DNA of 64,000 nt from Alphaproteobacteria bacterium (lineage in GTDB: Bacteria > Pseudomonadota > Alphaproteobacteria > Bin95). Positions 19,556 to 28,806 of this stretch are shown here, in pieces. The position numbers and the translations under genes are program-made. Numbering within the stretch: the first letter of the stretch is position 1; each line of letters begins with the position of its first letter. The notes beneath the pieces are model-generated. The model had not been told where the DNA came from. It saw only the letters and a list, made by a program, of their open reading frames with translations, and did no database searches. The stretch spans positions 4,946,631-5,010,630 of the forward strand of contig OZ253490.1 in assembly GCA_965261985.1 (NCBI GenBank), written 5' to 3'.

Positions 19556-20131
19556 ATGTCCGATCAGAAGCGCCTTTCCGGCATGACCGTAGCAGTGCTC
19601 GTCGCCAATGGCTTCGAGGAAATCATCATGACCGACACGCAGAAGGCGCTCGCTGCCGAAGGTGCCGCGATTCGCATCGTCAGCCATGAAGTCGGGCTGG
19701 CCAATGGCTGGCATGAAGGGACCTGGGGCCACAATTTCTACATCGAGACCCGCATTTCGGACGCGCTTCCCAGCGATTTCAACGGCCTGCTGGTGCCGGG
19801 CGGCGAGCGCAGCATCGCCACGCTCAAGGAGAACGCGCATGCCCGCCGCGTGGTCAAGGGCATGGTGGACGCCGGCAAGCCGATGGCCATCGTGGGCGAT
19901 GCGATCGAAATGCTGGTGGCGGCGGAGGCCGTGAGGGGCCGCAAGGTGACTGGCGTCGAGACGTCCCGCGCCCGGGTCGAGGCGATGGGCGCCGTCTGGT
20001 CCGAAGCCCAGCTCACCGTCGATGGCAGCCTGATTACTGCCTCGGGTTCGGAAGATCTGGAGAGCCTGATCTCCATCTTCGTCGACAGCCTCGTTGCCGC
20101 CCCCGAAGGCGAACGCCAACAGGCCGCCTGA
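19556..20131 (+). CDS. DJ-1/PfpI-family protein
   Basis: 191 aa: …VAVLVANGFEEIIMTDTQKALAAEGAAIRIVSHE…GLLVPGGERSIATLKEN…. Confidence 0.8.
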   Translation: MSDQKRLSGMTVAVLVANGFEEIIMTDTQKALAAEGAAIRIVSHEVGLANGWHEGTWGHNFYIETRISDALPSDFNGLLVPGGERSIATLKENAHARRVVKGMVDAGKPMAIVGDAIEMLVAAEAVRGRKVTGVETSRARVEAMGAVWSEAQLTVDGSLITASGSEDLESLISIFVDSLVAAPEGERQQAA

Positions 20132-20199
20132 CGCTACCCTGCAGGAAGCGGATCGCTGCCGGCGCCGGGATATTTCCGGCGCCGGTTTTCGTCAGGGGC

Positions 20200-20666
20200 T
20201 CAGAACACGCCCGCTTCGAGGCCGGCGGCGAGAGTCATGCCGAGTTCCTCGCAGTCGGCGGCGAACTCCTCCCGCCATTCTCCCCGGCAGAGCACCGGCT
20301 CCGCCACCGCGCGCCAGCGCAGGCCGATCGCGATGGTCTCGATCGCGCGCCTTGTGCCGGTGCCGTCATGGCCGGCGCGGATATAGAAGCCGAAGGGGCG
20401 GCCCTGGGTCTCCTCCAGGCAGGGATAGTAGATGCGGTCGAAGAAGTCCTTCAGCGCGCCGCTCATATAGCCGAGGTTCTCGGTCGTCCCGAGCAGCAGC
20501 GCATCCGCCGCAAGCACATGGTCCGGCGTGGCGTCGAAGGGGCTCAACACCTCCGTTTCGACGCCCTCGATATCCGGATGGCGCGCTCCCCCCGCGGCCG
20601 CATCGCGCAGCCGCAGCGTATTGGGCGAGGGCGCATGGGCGACGATCAGCAGGCGGCGGCGGGACA
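20200..20666 (-). CDS. Flavodoxin-like / NAD(P)H-dependent FMN-reductase-family protein
   Basis: MSRRRLLIVAHAPSPNTLRLRDAAAGGARHPDIEGVETEVLSPFDATPDHVLAADALLLGTTENLGYMSGALKDFFDRIYY…. Confidence 0.7.
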
Positions 20667-21737
20667 TGCCTGCTCCAGAAGGAAGGGAGCGCCCGCCCCC
20701 TCGGCAACGGCGCGGATTTCCTCGAACAAGGTTTCCGTCATCGGGATTCCGGTCCGAAGCCGGTCGCGCCGCGCGGCATGTTCGGGATCGCCGGGCACGA
20801 GCACCGGCCGGGCCGGGTCGATCGGCGGCGCCGCGCGCAGCTCCGCCATCAGGCTTCCGAGGCCGGCGCCGAAACCGGAATTGAAGAAGGCCGGGTCCAG
20901 CGCCATGAAGAAGTGCCCGACCTCGATGAACCGGCCGGGCTCGCCCGTCTCGAGGTCGATGCCGCCGATATTCGCGCCGCCGAGGACGCTCGCCAGAATA
21001 TCCACCATCACCGCAAGGCCGTAGCCCTTGTGGCTGCCGAGCGTGCGGTTGCCGCCGAGCGGCGTCAGGCGCTTCGGTTTGGCATGGAAAGCTTCGGCCG
21101 CATCGGTCTCGGGCAAGCCGTCGGGGCGCACCGCCCAGCCCTCCGGCAGGGACTTGCCGGCCCGGCGCGCAATATTGATCTTGCCGACCGCAACGGTGCT
21201 GGTCGCCATATCGAGCGAGAACGGCTCGCCCTCCGCCGGACTCGCCGCAAACGCGATGGGGTTGGTGGAGAAACGCGGCTCCCGGCCGCCGGTCGGCACC
21301 ACGGCGCGCTGTGTGGTGCCGGTGCAGGCGAAGCCGACCAGCCCGCGCTCGGCAGCGATAGTGGAATAGACGCCGGCCGCGCCGAAATGGTTGGAATGGA
21401 CGACGACCGAGACGCCAAGGCCCGCCGAAGCCGCCTTGTCGCAAGCCCGCTCCATGGCGAAGCGGGCTGCCGGGTGGCCGATGCCGTGGCCCGCGTCCAC
21501 CAGGGTCAGCACCGGACCTTCCCGAAGCGTGCGGACCTCCGCCAGAGGGTCGATCTTGCCGTCCCGGCGGCGCTGGTCGTAGGTCGGCAACATGCCGACG
21601 CCGTGGCTGTCGATGCCGCGCAAATCGGCCTCGACCATGAGGTCCACGGCGGTCTCGACGGGCTCGGGACGCATGCCCCAGGAGAGGAAGATGGCCCGGA
21701 TCTGCGCCGCCAGCAGGGTATGCGGGATCGCAATCAT
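20646..21737 (-). CDS. Ldh_2-family (malate/L-lactate dehydrogenase type 2) oxidoreductase, paralog 1
   Basis: …EADLRGIDSHGVGMLPTYDQRRRDGKIDP…HSNHFGAAGVYS…GGNRTLGSHKGYGLAVMVDILASVL…. Confidence 0.85.
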   Translation of the reverse strand: MIAIPHTLLAAQIRAIFLSWGMRPEPVETAVDLMVEADLRGIDSHGVGMLPTYDQRRRDGKIDPLAEVRTLREGPVLTLVDAGHGIGHPAARFAMERACDKAASAGLGVSVVVHSNHFGAAGVYSTIAAERGLVGFACTGTTQRAVVPTGGREPRFSTNPIAFAASPAEGEPFSLDMATSTVAVGKINIARRAGKSLPEGWAVRPDGLPETDAAEAFHAKPKRLTPLGGNRTLGSHKGYGLAVMVDILASVLGGANIGGIDLETGEPGRFIEVGHFFMALDPAFFNSGFGAGLGSLMAELRAAPPIDPARPVLVPGDPEHAARRDRLRTGIPMTETLFEEIRAVAEGAGAPFLLEQACPAAAC

Positions 21738-21777
21738 GAGCGTGCGGCGGTGCGGCGTCGATGCGAGCCGGCGGCTG

Positions 21778-22116
21778 CTATCGGGCCTGCAGCGCCAGAA
21801 GCGAGTCGATCTTGCGGTGCAGGCCCGCCTGGCCAGATTCCAGCTTCGCCATACCGGATTCCAGTTTCTCCTGGCCCAATTTCAAGGCGGTAACGTCGGT
21901 TTGCAGCACGGCGACTGCGACGCCGTTCTCGTGGATCGCTTCGCGGTTGGCCTGCGTTTCGAGCGCGATCCAGCCGACAAGCGCGAGGAACGCGACGACA
22001 AGAGCCACGGCCATCGGGTTGCGGGTTATGTCCGCGCCGTTCGACTTCGCAATCAGCCGGCGAATGGCCTGCCGCTCCGCAGCGGTGAAGGGGGTGTCGG
22101 TCGTCTCTGCGGCCAT
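21778..22116 (-). CDS. Small membrane/coiled-coil hypothetical protein (112 aa) between the two Ldh_2 paralogs
   Basis: MAAETTDTPFTAAERQAIRRLIAKSNGADITRNPMAVALVVAFLALVGWIALETQANREAIHENGVAVAVLQ…. One TM helix then a heptad-like segment. The longer upstream extension is rejected. Confidence 0.5.
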   Translation of the reverse strand: MAAETTDTPFTAAERQAIRRLIAKSNGADITRNPMAVALVVAFLALVGWIALETQANREAIHENGVAVAVLQTDVTALKLGQEKLESGMAKLESGQAGLHRKIDSLLALQAR

Positions 22117-22208
22117 CGGTCCTGTCCTTGCCGGCCGGTGGAGACTACAGGCCGGTCGCCCGCCTGTCAGCACGAAACCCTCCGGGCGCGTGCCCGATAC
22201 GGGGGCCC

Positions 22209-23309
22209 CTACCCCTCCAGCAGGAACGGGGCGCCGGCGCGGCTGCACACGTCGCGCAGCTCCTCGAACAGCGTGTCGGTCATCGGGATGCCGTTCGCCT
22301 TCCGCTCGGCATAAGCGGCGTATTCCGGGTCGCCGGCGGTCATGACCGGATGGGCCGGATCGACGGGCGGCGTCGCCCGGAGCATGTCGAGCAACCGGTC
22401 CATGTCGGTCTCGAACTCCCCTTCCCCGCGTAGCTGCGAAGGGTCGATGGCGAGGAAGAAGTGCCCGGTCTCGTCCGCCAGGCAGCCGGAGAGCGTCGCG
22501 CACAGGATTTCCACCATGGCGCCGAGGCCGTAGCCCTTGTGGCCGCCGAGCTCGCGCGTGCCGCCGAGCGGCGTCAATCGCCCGGTCTCCATCGCGAGTT
22601 GCGCATCCGCGATCGGCGCGCCGGACCGGTCCACCATCCAGCCTTCCGGCAGCGGCTTGCCCGCGCGCCGCGCAATCGAGACCTTGCCGAACGCGACCGT
22701 GCTGGTCGCCATGTCGAGGGCGAAGGGCCGGTTCGCCCCGGCGGGAGCGGCGAAACCGATAGGGTTGGTGCCGAGCGCGGCATCGGCGCCGAACATCGGC
22801 ACGACCTGCCTGGTCGGCGCGTTGGTGAGCGAGAGGCCGAGGAGTCCGTCGTCTGCCGCCATCTTCGAATAATAGCCGGCCGCGCCGTAATGGTTCGAGT
22901 TTCGCACCGCAACCGCCGCCGCACCGACCTTGCGCGCCTTGTCCATGGCGGTCCGCATGGCGAGCACGGCGGGCGGATGGCCGAGGCTGCGTCCGGCGTC
23001 GATGAGGGCCAGCGCGCCCGCCTCCCGCTCAACGCGGATCTCGGGCCTCGGCTCGATGCTGCCCTCCTCCACCGCCTTCTGGTAGTAGGGCAGCATGCCG
23101 ACCCCGTGGCTGTCGATCCCGGCAAGGTCGGTCTCGACCATGACATGAACGGTCGTTTCGATATGGTCGCGCGCCATACCCCAGGTCTCGAAGACCGCGG
23201 CAATCTGGCGGCGGAGCGTCCCGTCATCGATGGTGTGAATGGCCTCTCCCCCCGCTTCAGCGCATGATAAGCACGCCGAGGGAGGAAGCGCGATGGCCGA
23301 TTTCGACAT
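22209..23309 (-). CDS. Ldh_2-family oxidoreductase, paralog 2 (start uncertain; the only in-frame ATG upstream of the conserved N-terminus is at 23309)
   Basis: …TDLAGIDSHGVGMLPYYQKAVEEGSIEP…NSNHYGAAGYYS…GGTRELGGHKGYGLGAMVEILCATLSG…. The N-terminal region aligns with paralog 1. Confidence 0.8.
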   Translation of the reverse strand: MSKSAIALPPSACLSCAEAGGEAIHTIDDGTLRRQIAAVFETWGMARDHIETTVHVMVETDLAGIDSHGVGMLPYYQKAVEEGSIEPRPEIRVEREAGALALIDAGRSLGHPPAVLAMRTAMDKARKVGAAAVAVRNSNHYGAAGYYSKMAADDGLLGLSLTNAPTRQVVPMFGADAALGTNPIGFAAPAGANRPFALDMATSTVAFGKVSIARRAGKPLPEGWMVDRSGAPIADAQLAMETGRLTPLGGTRELGGHKGYGLGAMVEILCATLSGCLADETGHFFLAIDPSQLRGEGEFETDMDRLLDMLRATPPVDPAHPVMTAGDPEYAAYAERKANGIPMTDTLFEELRDVCSRAGAPFLLEG

Positions 23310-23742
23310 GCCCGCCGAAGACGTGGACGCCATCCGGGCCTGGTTCGACGAATGGGGCGCGGAGGTGGCGCGGCGGGACTTCGCCGGTGCGCGGCGGCGC
23401 TTCGATCCGGGCGTGCTCGGCTTCGGCACCTGGATGGACCATGTCGAGGGGCTGGATGCGCTGGAAGCGCGGCAATGGCGGCGTATCTGGCCCAGCATCG
23501 AGGATTTCGAGCACCGCACGGAGGGCCTGCGCTGCCTGGTCTCGCCGGACCGCCTGATGGCCTTCGGGATGACGGTGTGGACCTCCACGGGCTTCCACGA
23601 AGACGGGAGCGCCTATGACCGGCCCGGCCGGACGACAGCGGTCTTCACGCGCGAGAAGGCCGGCGACCCGTGGCGCTGCGTGCACACCCATGTTTCGCTC
23701 TTCCGGGATGTGCCGCAGCATTCCATGGGCCGCCGGGACTGA
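23293..23742 (+). CDS. NTF2-like / SnoaL-like (DUF4440-type) protein
   Basis: MADFDMPAEDVDAIRAWFDEWGAEVARRDFAGARRRFDPGVLGFGTWMD… with a GGAGG SD 7 nt upstream. Divergent from Ldh_2 paralog 2, with the start codons overlapping at a CATG. Confidence 0.7.
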   Translation: MADFDMPAEDVDAIRAWFDEWGAEVARRDFAGARRRFDPGVLGFGTWMDHVEGLDALEARQWRRIWPSIEDFEHRTEGLRCLVSPDRLMAFGMTVWTSTGFHEDGSAYDRPGRTTAVFTREKAGDPWRCVHTHVSLFRDVPQHSMGRRD

Positions 23743-23758
23743 GGCGGGCCGGGCCGGC

Positions 23759-23932
23759 TCAAGCGGGCCGGCCGTGCCAGGCGCGGTTCGGCCGCAACCG
23801 GGCGAAGCCGGCCCTGACGATGCCTGCGAGCCGGGCGAACGCACCGGCAAACGCATGGGCGCGCAACTGCCGGCCGCGGGCCAGCGCCCGGTCGATTTCG
23901 GCCTGGGTGGGGGTGTGGGGTCTCTGGATCAT
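23759..23932 (-). CDS. Possible small protein (57 aa, MIQRPHTPTQAEIDRALARGRQLRAHAFAGAFARLAG…)
   Basis: ATG with GGAG 8 nt upstream. Divergent from the LysR regulator. No family recognised. Confidence 0.3.
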   Translation of the reverse strand: MIQRPHTPTQAEIDRALARGRQLRAHAFAGAFARLAGIVRAGFARLRPNRAWHGRPA

Positions 23933-24045
23933 CGGTCTCACTCCGGGTTCGATTTCCGTTGACCCAGCATTTATTGCCTCGTTTTGCATTTACAATGAGA
24001 CGGGAAATATATGATATGTGCAAATAATGCACAGATAGGTGTGCG

Positions 24046-25002
24046 ATGAATTCCCTGAACGCCATCCGCCTCTTCACCGCCGCCGTGGATGCCGGCAGTT
24101 TCTCCGAGGTCGGCCGCCGGCTCGGCATGGCGCCCTCCTCGGTGTCGCGGCAGGTCGCGGCGCTGGAAGACAGCGTCGGCGCCCAGCTCATCCACCGCAC
24201 CACCCGCAAGCTCGGCCTGACGGAGGCCGGACGGCTCTATTTCGAGCGGGTTTCGCGCATCCTGGCCGAGCTCGACGAGGCGTCGGCCGCCGTCTCGCAT
24301 CTGGAGGAGTCGCCGCGCGGCGTGCTGCATGTCAACGGGCCCACCGCCTTCGGGGTCCGCCACATCGCGCCGGCGCTCCCGGATTTCCTCGACCGCTTTC
24401 CCGAAGTGCGGATCGAGCTGACGCTTACCGACAATTTCGTGGACCTGCTGGAGGTCGGCGCCGATGTCGTCGTGCGGGTGGGGGCGCTGGAGGATTCGAG
24501 CCTGATCGCGCGCCGGCTCGCTCCCAACCGGCGCATCCTCTGCGCCAGCCCCGGCTACCTGGCCCGCGCGGGGACGCCGGAATGCCCCCATGACCTCGCG
24601 GACCACAATTGCCTCGTCTATACGCGCCGCCACGGCAGTGTGAACTGGAACCTCGGCGGCCCGGACGGGCTCGCGGAGGTGCGGGTCGGCGGCAATCTGC
24701 GCACCAACAACACCGAGGCCGTGCATGCGGCGGCGCTGGGCGGGCTCGGCATTGCGCTGCTGCCCTCCTGGCTGGTCGGGCAGGAGGTGCAGGCCGGTCG
24801 CCTGGTCGCGGTCCTCTCGGGCTACCGCGCCTCGCCGGGCGCGCTCGACACCGGCATCCACGCCCTCTACCCCGCCGACCGCCACCTCTCCACCAAGGTC
24901 CGCGCCTTCGTCGATTTCCTGGTCGAACGCTACGGCCCCCGCCCCTACTGGGAGGACCCGCCGGGAGGCAGGGCCGATGCCGTCCCGCGGACCGCGCGCT
25001 GA
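24046..25002 (+). CDS. LysR-family transcriptional regulator
   Basis: MNSLNAIRLFTAAVDAGSFSEVGRRLGMAPSSVSRQVAALEDSVGAQLIHRTTRKLGLTEAGR… HTH plus a LysR substrate-binding domain. Confidence 0.92.
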   Translation: MNSLNAIRLFTAAVDAGSFSEVGRRLGMAPSSVSRQVAALEDSVGAQLIHRTTRKLGLTEAGRLYFERVSRILAELDEASAAVSHLEESPRGVLHVNGPTAFGVRHIAPALPDFLDRFPEVRIELTLTDNFVDLLEVGADVVVRVGALEDSSLIARRLAPNRRILCASPGYLARAGTPECPHDLADHNCLVYTRRHGSVNWNLGGPDGLAEVRVGGNLRTNNTEAVHAAALGGLGIALLPSWLVGQEVQAGRLVAVLSGYRASPGALDTGIHALYPADRHLSTKVRAFVDFLVERYGPRPYWEDPPGGRADAVPRTAR

Positions 25003-25178
25003 AAATCGCGCGCCCGCATCTCGAATTTCAGCGTCTCCAGCCCGAAGGCCCGGACGAGCCCGGCGCTCCGCCTCATGCCAAGGCGCGTCGGCACGGCGAT
25101 GCCGCCGGCAGATGTGTGCTTCCAGCTGGCCGCCTGGCGGGCGAGGAAAGCGGAAGCGGGCGGGATGCCCCTGCGAAG

Positions 25179-25205
25179 TGTCATGAAATGTCATGAGATG
25201 TCATG
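25179..25205 (+). repeat. Repeat family A fragment c (three phased TGTCATG units only)
   Basis: tgtcatgaaatgtcatgagatgtcatg with no conserved core following. A decayed phage-like ORF follows instead. Confidence 0.6.
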
Positions 25206-25953
25206 GGCAGGGACGGATTCTCCGTCCTCGGGCCAGCCCGTCTCCTCCGGTTCGCCGGAGACGAACGGGTCGTTGCCGCAGCGCATCTCTTCCCATTCGA
25301 GCCTGTCCTGTCGCCGCTGCTCGATAGTCTCCGGGGCCCAGGGGTCGTAGATTTCAGGGAAGCCGTTTCGGCGCTGGTAGAGCCAGTCGTGTTCTGCGCC
25401 GTCGGCCCTGTCGTCATCGATCCTGTCCTCGTGGCCGGGCGGGTCGTCGCCGGCCCACTGGCCGTCTTCGTGGGTGTCCTCGGGCGGGTCGTCGGCGAGG
25501 GGGAGGTCTTCGCGCGGGGGCGGTTCGGAGGTCTGGAAGCAGACGGGCAGGCGCTCTCGCTCCTCGACGGCCTCGGCGAGCTTCCGGGCGGTTTCCTCAT
25601 GCGCGGCCTCGTCGAAGCCTTCCTGCCGCTCAAGCGCCTCGCGGCTCTCGCGGTGGCGGGCAAGCGCGCCCGGCGCGGTCGCGTCCGCTGCGCACGGCCT
25701 CGGCAAGCGGGCCCGGTTCGGTGCCGGCCTCATGCCCTGCGGCCATCTCGCCGAACTCGTCCTCGTCGGGCATCGGCCAGAGCCGGGCCCGGTTCGCACC
25801 GGCGGGTCTCGTGAGCCCGGCGATCTCGGCCTGCAGGCGCACGACCTGGAGCATCAGGTAAGCCGACCCGCTGGCGACAGCGGCATCCCAGGCCTGCTCC
25901 AGCCGGGCAAGCGCGATCCGGGCCTCGTCCTTTTCGGTGCGCCGCCAGGACAT
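25191..25953 (-). pseudogene. Frameshifted hypothetical (acidic, phage-remnant-associated) gene
   Basis: Two overlapping frames that each look coding: MSWRRTEKDEARIALARLEQAW…EFGEMAAGHEA… and …AAHEETARKLAEAVEERE…DPWAPETIEQRRQDRLEWEEMRCGNDPF…. The terminal HDIS residues are read from the TGTCATG array. Confidence 0.4.
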
Positions 25954-26003
25954 GCGGATGCGGCGCACCCGCTCCACGATTGAGCCCGGCTTTCTCCCCA
26001 ATG

Positions 26004-26405
26004 TCATGGTCTGCGCGGTGCTGTCGGGCCGGCAGGGTAGGAGAGCCGCGCAGCGCGATGCGGGGCATCGGGCAAGCGGATCGACGCACCATGCCGGCCC
26101 GACAGCGCCGCCCTCCGGGTCGCGTCCAGGCGCCCGCCCGCGGCGTCGCGGACCTCGACCGTAGCCCCGCTACGCTCTTCGGCCCGCTCCTTGCGGATCG
26201 AACGCCTGGACGCGACGCAGGCCGTGACATTGGGGAGAAAGCCGGGCCAGGGCCGCTCCAGCAGCGCGCAGCCGGTCTGCCGCGCCGAGCGCTCGGAGTA
26301 ACCGGCCTGCCTTGCGGCGTCTGCGGCATTGCCGGAGGCGACAAAGTGGCGGCAGAAGGCCTCCTGCCGGGAGGACAGCGTGACGGTCGGATCGAGCAAA
26401 GGCAT
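26004..26405 (-). pseudogene. Phage terminase small-subunit (Terminase_2-like) remnant
   Basis: N-terminal …LSSRQEAFCRHFVASGNAADAARQAGYSERSARQTGCALLERP… matches the TerS HTH region. The C-terminal half is low-complexity, probably frameshifted. Confidence 0.5.
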
Positions 26406-26564
26406 GGGCGGCGGCTCCTTGGTTCCGCTTGCGTTCGGTCCGGGCTTCCGTTGCGGTATCGCACCGCACCGGGCCGGGAGGAAGAGGTGGTGGAAACTGT
26501 CGTCCCGGCCCCCGAGCCGGGACCCAGAACGGCCTCACACCCCGGAAAGGTCCGGGAAGACTGG

Positions 26565-26605
26565 ACCCCGGATCTTCGCTGCGCTCCGTCCGGGGTGACA
26601 AAGAG
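26565..26605 (-). repeat. Repeat family B partial copy (reverse orientation)
   Basis: The reverse complement reads …CCTCTTTGTCACCCCGGACGGAGCG…. Confidence 0.5.
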
Positions 26606-26614
26606 GGCCGGTGG

Positions 26615-26865
26615 GGGAGCGACCCTGTTTCGCGCGTATCGTGCGCGGGGGTGGGCGTAGGCGTGCGCGTTTCGCGGCGGCGTGCGTTTTGCGCGCCTGA
26701 TTGCGCGCGCGAGGCAAACGCAGGGCGCACTTCGCCTGTCTGCTGAATCGGGATCGTTCCGGCGCCGGACCGGGGCGAAGGAAGGCGGTCCGCGGATGCC
26801 GCTTCCTTCAAGCCCATTCTACCACGGATATTCTGAGGTCAAGCCCTGTTCAGGAATTATTACCC
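26615..26865 (+). repeat. Repeat family A copy d (5'-truncated; lacks the heptamer array)
   Basis: …ACCCTGTTTCGCGCGTATCGTGCGCG…GCGCGCCTGATTGCGCGCGCGAGGCAAACGCAGGGCGCACTTCGCCTGTC…GGATGCCGCTTCCTTCAAGCCC…GGAATTATTAC. Confidence 0.7.
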
Positions 26866-26989
26866 GGTTAAATCGACAACCGTTGCTACAATGCGCTCCT
26901 TATCCCAGCGGTCATCGATGGAAACCGATGACGGAATCCGGGTTCGGCGACGGTAATGAGGAGCCGGGGCATCTGTTGCTGCCCGGACG

Positions 26990-27145
26990 GAGCGGCCCCA
27001 CTTGTCACCCCGGACGGCGCGGAGCGCCGAGCCGGGGTCCAGCCTGTCGAGGCCTCTGCCGGGCTGCGGCGGCGGTGCCGGGCCCGGCTTCGGTCCGGGG
27101 CGACAGTGCGGGCCCGCGATTGCTGCCATGGGGCTCACAGCGAGA
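26990..27145 (+). repeat. Repeat family B copy (REP/MITE-like)
   Basis: …ACTTGTCACCCCGGACGGCGCGGAGCGCCGAGCCGGGGTCCAGCC…GGCGGCGGTGCCGGGCCCGG…. Confidence 0.55.
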
Positions 27146-27229
27146 TCGCCGGTGGCGCACATCTGTTTTCGTTGGCTTGCATGGCATGTCCCTCATGCGT
27201 CACCCCCGCGAAAACGGCGGCTCGCCCCC

Positions 27230-27757
27230 TCAGGACCGCCGTTTCGTCTTGCCGTGGACATGCGGCGGCAGCGGGGCGGCGGGGCCGCCGGGGCGGAGCG
27301 GGCGGGGGGCGAAGCGGCCAAGTGTCACTGCCCGGTCGTACATCACGATGGCGCCGGCCATGGCGACATTGACGCAGAAGGATGTCGGAATGCGGACTAC
27401 GTGGGCGCAGCGCTCCAGCACCGGCGCGGACAGGGAATCGCGCTCCGGCCCGAGGATATAGGCGGCGCGCGCCGGGTGGCGGAAGCTCGGCAGGTCCACC
27501 GCCTCGTCGATCAGTTCCACGCCGACCAGCGCGCAGCCGCGCGGCAGCACCATGGCGCTCGCATCCGGGAAGGCGTAGAGCGGCACCCGGCCGGGCGCAT
27601 GGGAGGTGTCCCCGCCTCCTCGCCCGGCCCGTTCCGCATAGCTGGCCCCGACCGTGAACAGGAAACTCGCACCGAACGCCTGCGCCGAGCGGAACAGGTT
27701 GCCGGCGTTGAGCGGCTTGCTCAGCCCCTCGACGCCGATGCCGAAATAGCCTTTCAT
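27230..27757 (-). CDS. TrmH/SpoU-family RNA methyltransferase
   Basis: MKGYFGIGVEGLSKPLNAGNLFRSAQAFGASFLFTVGASY…YILGPERDSLSAPVLERCAHVVRIPT…NVAMAGAIVMYDR…. Confidence 0.75.
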   Translation of the reverse strand: MKGYFGIGVEGLSKPLNAGNLFRSAQAFGASFLFTVGASYAERAGRGGGDTSHAPGRVPLYAFPDASAMVLPRGCALVGVELIDEAVDLPSFRHPARAAYILGPERDSLSAPVLERCAHVVRIPTSFCVNVAMAGAIVMYDRAVTLGRFAPRPLRPGGPAAPLPPHVHGKTKRRS

Positions 27758-27795
27758 GACGCGGAGGATTCTGGACCGGGGAGGCGGGACTGTCC

Positions 27796-28806
27796 ATGCG
27801 CGCGGTGGTGGTGGACGACTGGAAACCGTTCGACGAACTCGAACTTCACGAGACGCCGCCGCCGGCGCTCGGGCCCCGCCATGTGCGCATAAGCGGACGG
27901 GCCTGCGGCGTGTCCTTCGCCATGTCGCTGGTCGTGCAGGGCCGCTACCAGCGCCGCCCGCCGCGCCCCTTCGTGCCCGGCACCGAATATGCCGGGGTGG
28001 TGACGGAGGTGGGCGCGGAGGTGACCCGCTTCCGGCCGGGCGACCGGGTGCTGGCGGTGCTCGACTGGGGCGGACTGGCGGAGGAAGCCGTTGCACTAGA
28101 GGTCAACACCTTCGCGATCCCCGACAGCATGGAATTCCGCCATGCCATCGCCTTCACCAACTCCTACCACACCTCCTATGCCGCGCTCTGCTGGCCGAAC
28201 ATGCTGCGCCTCGCGGCCGGAGAGACGCTGCTGGTGCATGGCGCGGCCGGCGGCGTCGGCATCGCCGCCGTCGAGATCGGCAAGATCCTGGGCGCGCGCG
28301 TCATTGCGACGGCCGGCTCCGCGGAGAAGCTGGCGGCCGCGCGCGAGCACGGCGCCGACCATGCGATCAACTACCGCGAGGCCGATTTTCGCGAGGAGGT
28401 GCTGGCGATCACGGAGGGACGCGGGGCGGATGTCATCTACGACCCCGTCGGCGGCGAGGTGTTCGACCGTTCGCTGCGCTGCATCGCCTTCGAGGGGCGG
28501 ATCATGCCGGTCGGTTTCGCCGGCGGCACGATCCAGCAGATCCCGGCCAATATCCTGCTGGTCAAGACCGTGACCGTGGTCGGGATGAATTTCGGCACCT
28601 ATGTCGGCTGGAGCCCGAAGGATATCCGCTACGAGGTCGAGGACCGGATGCGGGCCGGCATGTCGCAGCTCTTCGCCTGGTTCGAGGAGGGCCGCCTGAA
28701 GCCGAGGGTGGACCGGACCTTCCCGCTGGAGGGCTTCAAGGACGCGATGGCGGCGGTGCTCGGGCGCCGCGCGATAGGCCGGGTCGCCGTCGTGATGGGG
28801 GAATGA
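27796..28806 (+). CDS. NADPH:quinone oxidoreductase / MDR-family zinc-type alcohol dehydrogenase
   Basis: …GETLLVHGAAGGVGIAAVEIGKILGARVIATAGSAEKLAAAREHGADHAINY…; 336 aa. Confidence 0.85.
   Translation: MRAVVVDDWKPFDELELHETPPPALGPRHVRISGRACGVSFAMSLVVQGRYQRRPPRPFVPGTEYAGVVTEVGAEVTRFRPGDRVLAVLDWGGLAEEAVALEVNTFAIPDSMEFRHAIAFTNSYHTSYAALCWPNMLRLAAGETLLVHGAAGGVGIAAVEIGKILGARVIATAGSAEKLAAAREHGADHAINYREADFREEVLAITEGRGADVIYDPVGGEVFDRSLRCIAFEGRIMPVGFAGGTIQQIPANILLVKTVTVVGMNFGTYVGWSPKDIRYEVEDRMRAGMSQLFAWFEEGRLKPRVDRTFPLEGFKDAMAAVLGRRAIGRVAVVMGE

Noticed and set aside
24945-25184. 79-aa minus-strand ORF overlapping the LysR C-terminus (…LVRAFGLETLKFEMRARDF) as an AraC-like remnant
   Set aside because: There is only a weak resemblance to AraC C-terminal helices. 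It overlaps the well-supported LysR gene and is noted only because the family-A array sits at its start.
25181-25663. ORFs ending in …HDIS (also 49707-50009 and 5889-6299)
   Set aside because: The shared C-terminal residues are simply the translation of the TGTCATG heptamer array. They are not a conserved protein motif.
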